A DNA stretch of 11,469 nucleotides from Paraspadella gotoi (GCA_051294375.1 JBJCIZ010000685.1:1-11469), one strand, 5' to 3'; positions 1-10,391 are shown, numbered from the stretch's first letter. The notes: a model not told the origin generated them from the letters alone. Numbers and translations: made by a program.

Positions 1-135
1 CCTTCGCTCCTCCCTCTATGTCTCTCTCTGGTTTTTATAATCTCCTTCTCTCTGGTTCCTCTCGTTCTCCTCCCCTCTGGTCTCCTCTCCTCTCTTCCCT
101 CTCTTCTCTCTCTCCTCCTCTCCTCTCTTCTCTCT
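1..135. repeat. CT-rich simple repeat
   Basis: Imperfect (CT)n/(CCT)n. Confidence 0.8.
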
Positions 136-399
136 AATTCGGAGCAATGTGCGAAGGGGTATTATTGCCTTAATTACTACCTCCCCAAAATCTTTTACCC
201 AACGCGGCATTTCTTCTGTATTGACGCTCTCGCAAACGAAACTACAGATTTGCGTTTTCATCTGTGTTTGGGCCTGGGGCACGCGGGTAATAGGGTAATA
301 TGTGTCCTGGCCAGATTACTTTATTACAACCTTTTTTCCAAAAAGCGCCCAAATTACATTGACCACGATACCAATCATTTTTTCACCCTGATTTACATT

Positions 400-660
400 T
401 AAATCCCCTAACCTTTAAAAAATGCCAAAACCCTGGGCCTAATATTGGTGTCCAACTTAATCCTAATCCCTAACAAACGTCGTATCCAGATCCCTATTCT
501 AAAATCCACGTAACCCCTAATCCCTAAACTAATCCCTAAACCTTAAATCCCGTAACCTACATGCCCTAACAACACTTAATCTTCAAAACCTCAATTCCCT
601 AACCTAATTCCCTATCCCTACCAGATCCCCCTTACCGTCAATCCTTAACACTAATTTAAC
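400..660 (+). repeat. Degenerate CCCTAA (telomere-like) repeat tract
   Basis: Many ccctaa/cctaat/ccctat variants, e.g. taacccctaatccctaaactaatccctaaacc. Confidence 0.7.
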
Positions 661-809
661 TTTTTTTTTTTCGTGGTGCTATCGTCAGTTCGCGATTATT
701 AAGTTTGGTTTATAAAAAATCCGGATAAACGAAAACGTTCTCTTTTTCTCTCTTTGCTTTTCTTCTTTCTCTTCACTGGACCAAAATTCTGCCTGTAAGA
801 TTCAGTCAA

Positions 810-845
810 CTCTCTCTCTCTCCTCTTCTCTTCTCTCTCTTCCCT

Positions 846-877
<32 letters not shown>

Positions 878-909
878 TCCTCTCTCTCTCTCTCTCTCTC
901 TCTCTCCTC
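810..909. repeat. (CT)n microsatellite
   Basis: Near-pure CT dinucleotide run. Confidence 0.9.
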
Positions 910-1061
910 AAATCCAAAGCACGTCACTTTTTTTTGCGGAAACAAAATCTTAAGATTCGACAGAAACCTCTTTTTCATTTCGGAAAAAATCCGTCTGGCA
1001 TAAAGGGGGACAACAACCGACAAACCACAACATCCAACAACAGCGACTACGCTCAGAGAAA

Positions 1062-1131
1062 CTCTCCTCTCTCTCTTCTCCCTCTCTCTCTTCCTCCTCT
1101 CTCTCTCTCTCTTTCTTCTCATCTCTCTTCT
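1062..1131. repeat. (CT)n microsatellite
   Basis: Imperfect CT run. Confidence 0.85.
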
Positions 1132-1342
1132 CCATTCGTAACTTATTAATTTTTTTTTTCGAGGGAAAAAAACAAAAGAAAAAAATTACAAGAAAAGAAT
1201 GATGTCAAAAGAATGAAAAAATCTGAAGGATGTAACTGAGATACATGTTTAAGAACGAGGAGAAACCCGTAGGGACTGTAACTGGAATTGATGCGCGACG
1301 GAAAAAAGGAAAGGGTCAAGAAAAGGGAGAAGTGGGTTATAT

Positions 1343-1428
1343 GAGAGAGGAGAAAGAGAAGAGAAGAGAGAGGAGAGAGAGAGAGAGACAGAGAGAGCAG
1401 AACGAGAGACAGAGAGCAGAGAGAGAGA
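1343..1428. repeat. (GA)n microsatellite
   Basis: Imperfect GA run. Confidence 0.85.
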
Positions 1429-2029
1429 TAGCCGGGAAAATTAAGATTTCAGCTTAAAGCGAGGCGGCAACAAAAGGCGCAAAATAAAAACTGGAGCTGA
1501 GAATTTAAGATTTAAAAAAAGGATAGGGGGAGCGAAACGGTAGTAGATTAAGATTCATATGTTTTAAGATTCAAGTTTTAAAGGTTCTAGATTATTATGA
1601 AAATTAAAAAAGAGAAGAGGAGTAGAAAAGGAAGCGAAAAGAATGAAGATTTTAAAAACAATTAGGATCAGGATTAAGATAAAATAACAGCTGGAGGCAA
1701 AAACAAAAAGTGAAGGAAAGAAAAAATGACAGGAATAGAAAAAAAAGTGGAGATAAGTGTTTAAAATATTTTAGATTATTACCTGCAGATTAAAAGGAGT
1801 AGAGGAGCGAAGAGGACAGGCAGCAACAGAAAAGTGGACGAGAAATCTCTCCCAATTCTCTCTAGATTTCCGTCGGACTCAGATTCTTTGCAACCAAACA
1901 AAAAAAAAAGATTGAAGATTGAAAAAATGAGTCTTGTGGGAATTCGAGCGCCCACTTTGCGCCTCTCTTTTTTCTGAAAACGACCCCATGTGTTATTCAA
2001 TACCTGAACTTTATTCTTATTTTAATAAT

Positions 2030-2150
2030 CTATATTTAACCATAACTATAATCCTATTATTTAAAATCCTAACGGTAATCCCTAACTCTAATTCCTCTAA
2101 CCCCTAAATACTAAATCATAATCCTTAATCGTTTTAACGCTAAATTAATT
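2030..2150 (+). repeat. Degenerate CCCTAA-like repeat tract
   Basis: atcctaacggtaatccctaactctaattcctctaacccctaaatactaaatc. Confidence 0.6.
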
Positions 2151-2214
2151 CTGAATTTTAGATTGACATGGGCGGTAATTGGCGAAAATAAGGCCTTTTT
2201 TTTTAACACGGCGT

Positions 2215-2394
2215 TCATACCTCGTATTGTATGCAGACTTCAAAATCGAGGAGGAAAAATCTGAATGGGAAATTTTAATTATTCAAATCATACTGGCTGA
2301 AAAGTTTCTTGACAATTGCGCTCCAGACTCTGTGATAAATTTTGTTCTCTTTTTTAAACAAAGTCAGGAAGACTTGATAGATAATTTCTTGCAT
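2215..2394 (-). mobile_element. Degraded Mutator/MULE-type transposase fragment
   Basis: Single minus frame MQEIIYQVFLTLFKKENKIYHRVWSAIVKKLFSQYDLNN*NFPFRFFLLDFE, then SAYNT after a shift. This matches the MULE domain pattern 'VF.LL..K....Y.R.W..I.....F.P...L.DFE.A..NA'. Internal TAA at 2275-2277. Confidence 0.6.
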
Positions 2395-3591
2395 TGTGGT
2401 AGAGACGGTTTTTTATATAAGACAACAAAATTGTTAATAATTTTTTTTTTTTAATATTATTTTTATTTTTTAATGTTATTTTCAACATTTATTTGAAAAA
2501 CTAAATTTAGATTGTTACTTTCTATTCTAATGTTATGTTCCTATATTCCACGTTTAGTCCTATTTGCCGTTTCATTTTTTACATGGTTAGCGCCTTATCT
2601 ATTTAACCCCTTGAAATAAATAAAAGTACCATAAAATGTTAGTTTCACGTAATCTCACCAATTTATTTCTATGAATATAATACAATTTTATATGATTACC
2701 ATGTAAATGTTTATAGCTGAAGTTTTATTTTTTCATGTTATTCCCTTAAGATATCATGCGCCTGAATTAAAAACGATTGAAAAAAAACAAATAACACACA
2801 AAACAACAACAAACACATTACGATTACTTAAACTGTTTTTTTTTTTTACTGAATATGATTTTTTTAAATTTATTTTATCTATTATTATTTTTTTATTGTT
2901 ATTTTTTTTTTTGAAGAGAAAGGCAAATATCAGAAAGAAGAGGAGAGAGCGAGGAATTGTTTGTTTCGCTTTCCATTCAGACGACGGGGAAAGACAGCGG
3001 CAAAAAAAAAATGTAAAACGTTTTATAGATTTAATATGTTATTTTATATGATTTTATTTATTTTTTATTTAATTAAAAAAATATTTATTAATTGAATATT
3101 GAATTAATTTATTTTCATTTTTTAAATTTATTTATTTATCATACAATATTTATTTCTAAACGCCTTAATTAGCAACAAATTCCCAAAAACCGGTTTTATT
3201 CGATCATTGAATTTTTAATTTTTAAAATGAATTGATGAATAATTATTTACCTTATTATTTTTTCAAAAATGTTGTTTATTAAAGAATTTTTTTTCAAATT
3301 AATATTTGTTCAAAAGAATGGAGTTTTCTTCCCCCGTCGTCTGACCTCTAATGGAGCAACACGGAAGCGACGTAGAAAAGGAGTTCATCTCTGGAGCGGG
3401 AGTAAAAGTCAAAAGACCTCAGGAGATGACGAGAGAGAGCGAAAGACGGAGAGGAAGAGAGAGGAGGGACGAGAGAGAGAGAGACCGATTACGGAGCAGC
3501 GAGATGTGGAGGGAGACGAGAGACGGAGAGAGAGATCAGCGCGATTGCGGGTCGACAAGCACGAGGGTCCGAGGCGAGATCGCGAGGAAAC

Positions 3592-3600
3592 AGAGAGAAA

Positions 3601-3690
<90 letters not shown>
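3592..3690. repeat. (GA)n microsatellite
   Basis: Near-pure GA run. Confidence 0.9.
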
Positions 3691-3691
<1 letters not shown>

Positions 3692-3884
3692 AAACCTTAT
3701 TTTTTACGCTGATGGAATTATTAAGAATGGAAAAAGAAAGGCTGGAGTGAAAAAAAAAAGAAGAAAAAAAGAAAAGGAAGGGAGAAAAGGATTAAAAGAA
3801 AAATGAAGGTAGGAAAAAAAATGAGTTTTATTAATTTTTTACTTTTTATTAAGTTTGCACCACCTATTTAAAAACTTTTCTATT

Positions 3885-4075
3885 ATAAATGCCTCCTAAG
3901 TCCGGACGGCTATGGATATGTTTCCTTCACTCCTACAAGATAACAACAAAAGGGGATCCTGCAAGCTTTTTAATTAATCAAGACTCTCTCCACAGCTGTC
4001 TTTTATCATCTCCAGAGTTTTCTGGCATCCATATCAATGGAAGTAGCATAATGATTTCACAAATTGTTTCTATTG
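3885..4075 (-). mobile_element. Possible highly degraded LINE (RTE/L2-like) ORF2 C-terminal remnant
   Basis: Minus-strand fragments LIWMPEN / KLWR**KTAVERVL / HSRPD..AFI loosely resemble the 'W.P.G.R.....WR..VE.EL......A.DR..WR..V' tail of these elements. Multiple stops. Confidence 0.25.
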
Positions 4076-4431
4076 TAAAAAAGGACTATTCACTTTGTAT
4101 TTTATATTAAATCGGGGATTACACTATATTGTATTCCAAGATATTTTACTAAACAGATAAAGCTATACTATAACTATCGCACATTTAACCAATAAAACTA
4201 TAACAATAGCACTTATAGCACCTTTAGCACATAAAATATACATTTTTTTACCCCTTAATTACATAACAGCACTTTTGTTTTTTTTTTATGAAGTTAACCG
4301 AAATATTCTCACGACTGCTGCTGACATCTCGTGAAAATACAAAGTTGAAAAACAAATTAACTCTTCGCGGTATTCAAGTTTTCACAAAATTAGTTTCATT
4401 TAAGAGATTAAGTATTATGATAAGATATAAC

Positions 4432-4505
4432 GATGATAATAATAATAATTATAGTAATAATAATAATATTATTTTATAATAAGATAATTTATAATATAAT
4501 ATATA
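4432..4505. repeat. (AAT)n simple repeat
   Basis: gataataataataattatagtaataataataat. Confidence 0.8.
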
Positions 4506-4509
4506 ACAG

Positions 4510-4625
4510 GAGAAAGAATGGCCTTCGAAGCTGAAGTCCCACTTTCGCCGCCGATTCTCAGGTTCTCGGCGTCGACTCAGTTCGTATTAAGAGGGAAACT
4601 TTCCAAACGGAGATCGAGAAATTTG
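4510..4625 (+). CDS. Candidate exon of an unidentified gene
   Basis: GC-rich island after aacag|. Reads EKEWPSKLKSH / FAADSQVLGVDSVRIKRETFQTEIEKF with one T-run indel. The donor is weak, and strand and frame are uncertain. Confidence 0.3.
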
Positions 4626-5404
4626 GTCAATTCACATTCGCATCTTCTTTTTTTTTTTCTTTAGATGCGTCGCTTTGAAACTCAATAAGACAATTTTTGT
4701 TCGGTCGGTCGATCGATTGGTCAGCGTCGATCCGTCCACTTACGTTTAAAAGGTTATAACTTGATTCATTTAATTTATATTTTATAGAAAGGTAACGGTA
4801 CTACTACGCTGATCCTACCTTACAAAGCAAATACATGACTTTATAAATTCAATGCACCATATTTCATGATATAATAAGGTATTTTGATTAATACTTGGCA
4901 GATTAGTTAGGTTCCCGTGAATTATTGTGTAGTTGGTTGTTTTAGTTTAAACTTTTCAGATAAGTCATCAACCATATAACGTTTATTACACATATCTTAC
5001 ATAATTATGTATTCACTTGATCACTCGGAAATATACGTGAAAAAAAAAGTCACTGCGGCGCAACACGTTGGAAGGAACGTTCTTGGTTTTTTTTTCTTTC
5101 TTTCTTTTTGTTCTCTCTCTTTTCTTTACTTTTCTTCTTCCTAATTTTTTCAGGCGTTTTCGCGGTTTGAAACACAAACAAAACAAAAAAACAAACAAAA
5201 CCTTTGTCTTACAAGTTTGAACCGAATTTCTGTCCGGTTCACAAGGACGGAGCCAGCGGTGGCGTCTTTTATAAACTTACTTACTACAGCCGATATAATA
5301 TTTTTGTTTTATTCATTAATAAATAAACTTTTATGCTCCCTACTTTGAACCAGCTACCTTGGATTAATTACCAATTTTTATAATGGTCCGACGAAAATGT
5401 TTTC

Positions 5405-5557
5405 TCGTCGTCGTCGTCGTCGTCGTTTCTTTGTCGACGATTTTTATTCTTTTTTCCCAAACTCATTTTGGAGGAAGGAGACCAAAACAAAAACCACAAC
5501 AAAAACAACATCATCAACAACATCAACAAAAACAACAACAACATCAACAACAACAAC
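5405..5557. repeat. (TCG)n followed by imperfect (CAA)n simple repeats
   Basis: About 7 tcg units at 5405-5425; caacaa/catcaa repeats at 5483-5557. Confidence 0.8.
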
Positions 5558-5711
5558 TTTCGGCTCTGGTCAATGGTAAAAAAAAATGGGTCCAAAGAAA
5601 GTAATTTTGTTAATTTTGTCAATTTTAACGCGTGGAAAAAAGTGTAATTTAATTTTTAAACAACACATTACGAAACGAGAATTACTCTGGTCGCTCTCTT
5701 TAAACTAAGAA

Positions 5712-5880
5712 AATGCGCAGCTAATTTGCAAATCTTCAGCAGTCTATCCGCAGCAAGTTTCTTATCTTTCGCAGTCTTTATGCAGCCATATTGCTTTCAT
5801 CACACTATTTCTGCTGTCTCTCTCCGCGCCAAATTTACTTACATCTTCTGCAGTTTTTCGGCAGCCAGTTTCCTACATCA
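5712..5880. repeat. Degenerate tandem minisatellite, unit ~32-43 bp, about 4.5 copies
   Basis: atcttcagcagtctatccgcagcaagtttcttatc (5732) aligns with atctttcgcagtctttatgcagccatattgctttcatc (5764) and atcttctgcagtttttcggcagccagtttcctacatc (5843). Confidence 0.6.
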
Positions 5881-5884
5881 AATC

Positions 5885-6059
5885 TCACGCCGCCACCATG
5901 TATTCCCGCGTACTCCATTCTCAATATCTGCGTCGATCTTCTCGTCGCTGCAGGGGACGTGCACCAGGAAGCCGTGCAGCGCAGCGGGGAGCAGACGCCG
6001 TCGTCGAATTTCATGAAATCGACGCTGCCTTTCATGTGGCGGGTGTCGTAGACTTTAGT
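5885..6059 (-). CDS. Probable terminal exon of the LicD-family gene
   Basis: Acceptor ctctcccccag|ACT, phase 0, matching the previous exon. Reads TKVYDTRHMKGSVDFMKFDDGVCSPLR / LHGFLVHVPCSDEK / TQILRMEY / EYMVAA*, with TGA at 5885-5887. This resembles the LicD C-terminal 'FPL...FEG..V.VP......L...YG.DYM' pattern. The uncorrected frame instead runs to TAA at 5835. Confidence 0.7.
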
Positions 6060-6574
6060 CTGGGGGAGAGAGGAAAGGAGGAGGAGGGGGGAGGAGGAGA
6101 GAGGAGGAGGGGGAGAGAGGGTGAGGAAGCGAAGGGAAGGGTTTGAAAGGGAATTACAGAGGAAATTTGATTGGAAAGAGAGAAGGAAGAGAGAGAGAGA
6201 GAGACAGGAAGAGAGAGAGAGAGAGAAAGTAGAGAGAGAAGAGAAAGAGACAGTGAGAGAGAAAAGAGAGAGAAGAGAAGAGAAAGATAAGAGAGAAAAA
6301 AATAGAGTGGGAGAGAGAGAGAGAAAGAGAAGAGAGAGAGAGAGAGAGAAGAGAGTTAAAGAGAAAGAAAGAACAGAGTGAGAAGAGGAAATAGAGAGAG
6401 AGAAAGAAAACAGAGTGAGAGGAAAGTAGAGCGAGAGATAAGAGAGAGAGAAGAGAAGATGAGACAGAGAACAGAACAGACAGAGAGAGAAAGAACAGAC
6501 GAGAGGGACAGAAGAGACGAGAGAGAGAGAGAGAGAGAGAGTGAGGAAGAGAGAAACAGATAAGAGAGAGAAGT

Positions 6575-6626
<52 letters not shown>

Positions 6627-9600
6627 AAGAGATAGAGCCTCTGCTTACAATCCTCGCATTCAAGATAAAAAAACTAGTTTTTCCAGTATTGTTCAGTTAC
6701 TATTAACAAAATAATTTAAATTGCCCCATAATATAAATTAGGCCAAATACGGATTAGTTAAAACCATCTCCAGCTATTTCTAATCATATAAGAGTAACAT
6801 TTTTGCAACTTTTAAGGAAAAAAAATCATGTCCATTTTTGTCCATTTTCACTTTCGCTTCAAAATTTGAATGCCAAGGAAGTTGAGAAAATTTTTTTATT
6901 TTGGATTCCTTCTTCCTTATCTTCTTCACCCTGAGTAAAATATTTTCCTTATATCATTCATAGTTCACTTAGAATTAATTTGAAGTTGACAAGTCAAAAG
7001 TCGCAGTTTTAGGTTTTTATTATAATTTATTAAACAAAAATAGTTTAAATTGGCTTAAACTAACAGAAAAATATAGCCACAGAATAAGCTTTTAACACCT
7101 ACAAAATTATCAAAAAAACATTTCGTTTAGCCATAAATATTTTTTAAAGACGACAATTAATTTGTGACTTTTTGTGACTTGCATTTATTTTTAATAAAGA
7201 TAAGATTTTTAAATTTATTTTATAGTTTTAACAGTTGAGGAACATACTGACGTAATAAAAAAAAAAACCGCATCCTTTAAAACCAATGGAAAGCGTCAGG
7301 ACTGTGTTTTTTCTCAGAATCGACAGATTTTGCGGAAATATTTTCCGCAAATCTGTCGATTTACTAAATTTGCCAGGCAACCAAAATTGAAAGAAAATCA
7401 TAAGAACGTAAATTTCTTTCTTATAATGGATAATAAGAATTTCTTTGATTTGGCTCAAGTAAAGGCAGAAAAGTAGTGGGAGGGAACAGGAAGGGAAAAC
7501 AAGAAGGAGAAGGGGAGAATGAGAGAGAAAGGGGAAAAGCTAAAAAAAGAAGGCAAAGGAGAAAAAAAATAAGGAGATAAGGAAAGGCGGAAAAAGAGGG
7601 AAAAATGGAAAGAAAAAGAGGGGGAAAAGAGGGGAAAAGAAAGATAAGGAGAGAAGGCAATAAAAAAAGGATAAGGAAAGTGAAATAGTGGCAGAGAAAG
7701 GTAGGGTCATAGAAAAGGTAAGTTACGGCGTGAAAAGTAGGGGAAGAAAGAGGAAGATAAAAATAGAAACAGCAGAGAAGAAAAGAGATGAAGAAATAGA
7801 ATCAGGGAAACGGTATGAAAGGGAGAAAAAAATGTATCAATTAATGTGGCATCTTGTCTGAAAAGTTTTGTGTAAATAAAAGCCACAAAAATTAAAAGGA
7901 GGAATTTGATCTTTAAAAGTTGTTGGTACCATAAAAATTCATCATACTTTCATCTCAAATTAGGTTGTTAAATGGATTAGATTGATAACCTCCAAAGAAT
8001 CATGTCTACCGTATTTTTAACTCATAGAATTTAACTGAACAGTACTAGGTAATAAGAAATGAGATAACCATAGCAAACCGTTTTTTTAAATAAAGAAAAC
8101 TCTACAATCACTGAGATCAAAAAGAGATGGTAATTATTTAAGTTCAGAAATCGTTATCTAAAGGACGTCGATCGTACGGGAGCTAGAGTGAGAGAGAGAG
8201 AGAGAAACAGATAGAAGAGAGAAGTAGACAGAAATTGATAAAATCAGGCGGAAAAAATTTAGTAAAAAACCGATTACGTTGTGACAACTAAAAATTAAAA
8301 AAAAAAAATACGTCAAATTGAAATCGACAGAAAGCAAAATCATCTATCTCATGATATAGTCTATGATATAGTCTATAGTCATTGATAGATCTCATGATCG
8401 AGACTCTAGACTTTCTTAATTGAGTCTTCTGAAAAGGCCTTTCAAAAAAAAACAAATAAACCGAGAAATAAACCTTGTAATTGAATTAAACGTCGACGCC
8501 CATCCCGGGCACGCCCACCCGGATGTAAAACCCGTCCTGATCTCAACGCGACCGGTGTCCCTTCACCGGATGAAACTCGGGTTTGCGAATGGACGACGAT
8601 GCTCTTTTGTTTCTTCAGATCGGCGAGAACGAGGGGATAAAGATCGAAGGAGTTCACTGGGAGAGATCGACGTCGCCGTCTCCAGGGATGAGGCTGCATG
8701 GCGGAACCAACCCAGCAGCAGCCGTCGTTGAGCCACGAGCGGACGCCGCGGCGGGCGAGAGGCGCTGGAGGGGGGGGGAAAGGTATGAGATTAGAAGTGT
8801 CAAGATTGAGATTAAATCAAGATCAATGAGCTCTCTTCTCTGAGTGTGTCCACTTTTTGTTCGGTTTTTCCGCAATTTAATTGTCTTTAATAAATTAACT
8901 TAGATATATTTTTAAACTTATAAACCCTAACCTTATTTTAAACCCTAAACCTTGACCTTGACCCAATCCTGAACTCTTAACCCTAAACCCTTTTCCCTAT
9001 CTCCTAACTCTATCCTCTAAACCTAACCTCTAACTCTAGTCCCTAATCACAAACCAAATCCCTAACGTTAATCCACCTAATTCTTAATCACTAACCTACT
9101 CCCTAACCTAATCCCTAACCCTAACTATTAATTTAATCCTTTAACTAAAAAAAATTACCTAATTCCGTTTAATAAAATGGGGCGTCCTAGCAAAGTAGAG
9201 CCTAGTAATGTTGATTAATATTTATAGTCACCTGTTTTTTGTAACTATCAAGAAAGGTCTGGAAACGTGCTTTGTCATCTGGCTTGAATTCTTATTTTCT
9301 CATTTAAAAATAAATCTGAATAAATTAAGTAGGTACAAAAGCAAAACGTTAAGGACCTGGGACGGACCAGCGCCCAACCACCTCTCCCTTCGTAAATCTC
9401 ACCTTAGCAACGTCACGGCGTCCATGTTAGGCGCCGGATCTCCTTCTCGTTCTCCAGGTCGGCGCCCTTTGGGATGGCGCCCGGCCGCCACGTGACTTTT
9501 CTGACGTGTTGGCGTTGCACTCGACGAATTCCGCGGCGTCCTTTGGCCGAGACGAGAAGACGAACGTTCGTTCGGGGACCGTAGGAGAGTCGGCGTTCTC

Positions 9601-10391
9601 GCGTTGGGCCCCGGATGTTGGGCTGCAAGTCGATCGATTCGGAAAAGTCCAATCAATCAATGGAAATTAATAAATCCAATTGAAATCAATCTCGAATCAG
9701 CGAAACCAATCGGTCAATGGAAAAGCAATCAATCAATTCAATTAGTCGGTTAATAAATCAACAGTTCCAAACAATCCATCAATGAAATAACATAGAATCA
9801 ATCCAATCAATCAAACAATTATTTCGTCAAAGAAATGAATCAAACAAGTCACAACAAACAAAAATTAATTTAGTTGGACAAATAAAAAAAAATCAAATCA
9901 ATCAATCAATCATTAAAATACCCCACTTTCTCAAATCGGCCGCAGTCCGAAATCTCGTAGGCTTCGGCGGCCATCTTGAAATTCCCTTCGTCGTCCACCT
10001 CTCGCCCCACCACGGAAGCCGCGCCTCTTCGATGGAGACTGCCGCGTCACGAGCGTTTCCAAGGAAGACGAGCGGACGCCGGCGGATGGCGGCGGACGGG
10101 AGCGGCGGCGGCGGCGGCGGCATCGAGGCGAACGGGAGAAGAAGACGGAGGTAAGGAGTTGCGTTCCGTTCAAAACCGGGTTGGTAAAGTACGAGAGAAC
10201 GCGAGATCTAAAGTTTAGTGTTGTAGTTTGGAGAAAGAAGATGGTTAGGTAGATGGGGTTTTATAAAAAAATATATTAATATTAATTTCATATTACTAAA
10301 TTACATTTAATTTATATTAAATATATATATTAATGAATGTTTTGTTTACCAATACTTGAGGCGGCAAAATAGGAGAAGTCGAGGATCAAGC

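Noticed and set aside
4160-4272. Repeated tagcac/ctata words
   Set aside because: Irregular degenerate simple repeat with no constant repeat-spacer architecture, so not CRISPR-like.
4505-4640. In-frame TGA in a minus-strand frame (possible selenocysteine)
   Set aside because: No selenoprotein family similarity or SECIS element was recognised, and the strand is unresolved.
5252-5266. CTCF-like word gccagcggtggcgtc
   Set aside because: It lacks one core base of the CCASYAGRKGGC consensus, and a single short match is not significant.
5300-5450. Minus-strand AATAAA signals (5443-5448, 5308-5313) as the LicD poly(A) site
   Set aside because: Plausible, but the hexamer is too frequent in this AT-rich DNA to call without transcript data.
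5368-5622. Poly-Q/poly-T/poly-L ORFs
   Set aside because: They are (CAA)n and (TCG)n microsatellite artefacts with no splice support.
5835-5885. GNWLPKNC resembling the beta-1,4-galactosyltransferase 'GGxWxPxxC' motif
   Set aside because: No downstream KVAIIIPFRNR exon was found, upstream exons are clearly LicD-type, and the segment overlaps a minisatellite unit.
5791-6051. + strand ORF ending ...STLPFMWRVS
   Set aside because: It is the antisense shadow of the LicD terminal exon; splice signals and motifs favour the minus strand.
6121-6663. Long R/E-rich and L/S-rich ORFs (also 699-1149, 10330-10555, 11033-11455)
   Set aside because: They are translations of GA/CT or G-rich simple repeats that lack stops by composition, and several are intronic.
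8342-8412. Short atgatatagtct duplication with imperfect inverted symmetry
   Set aside because: Low-complexity local duplication with only two copies and no spacer-array structure.
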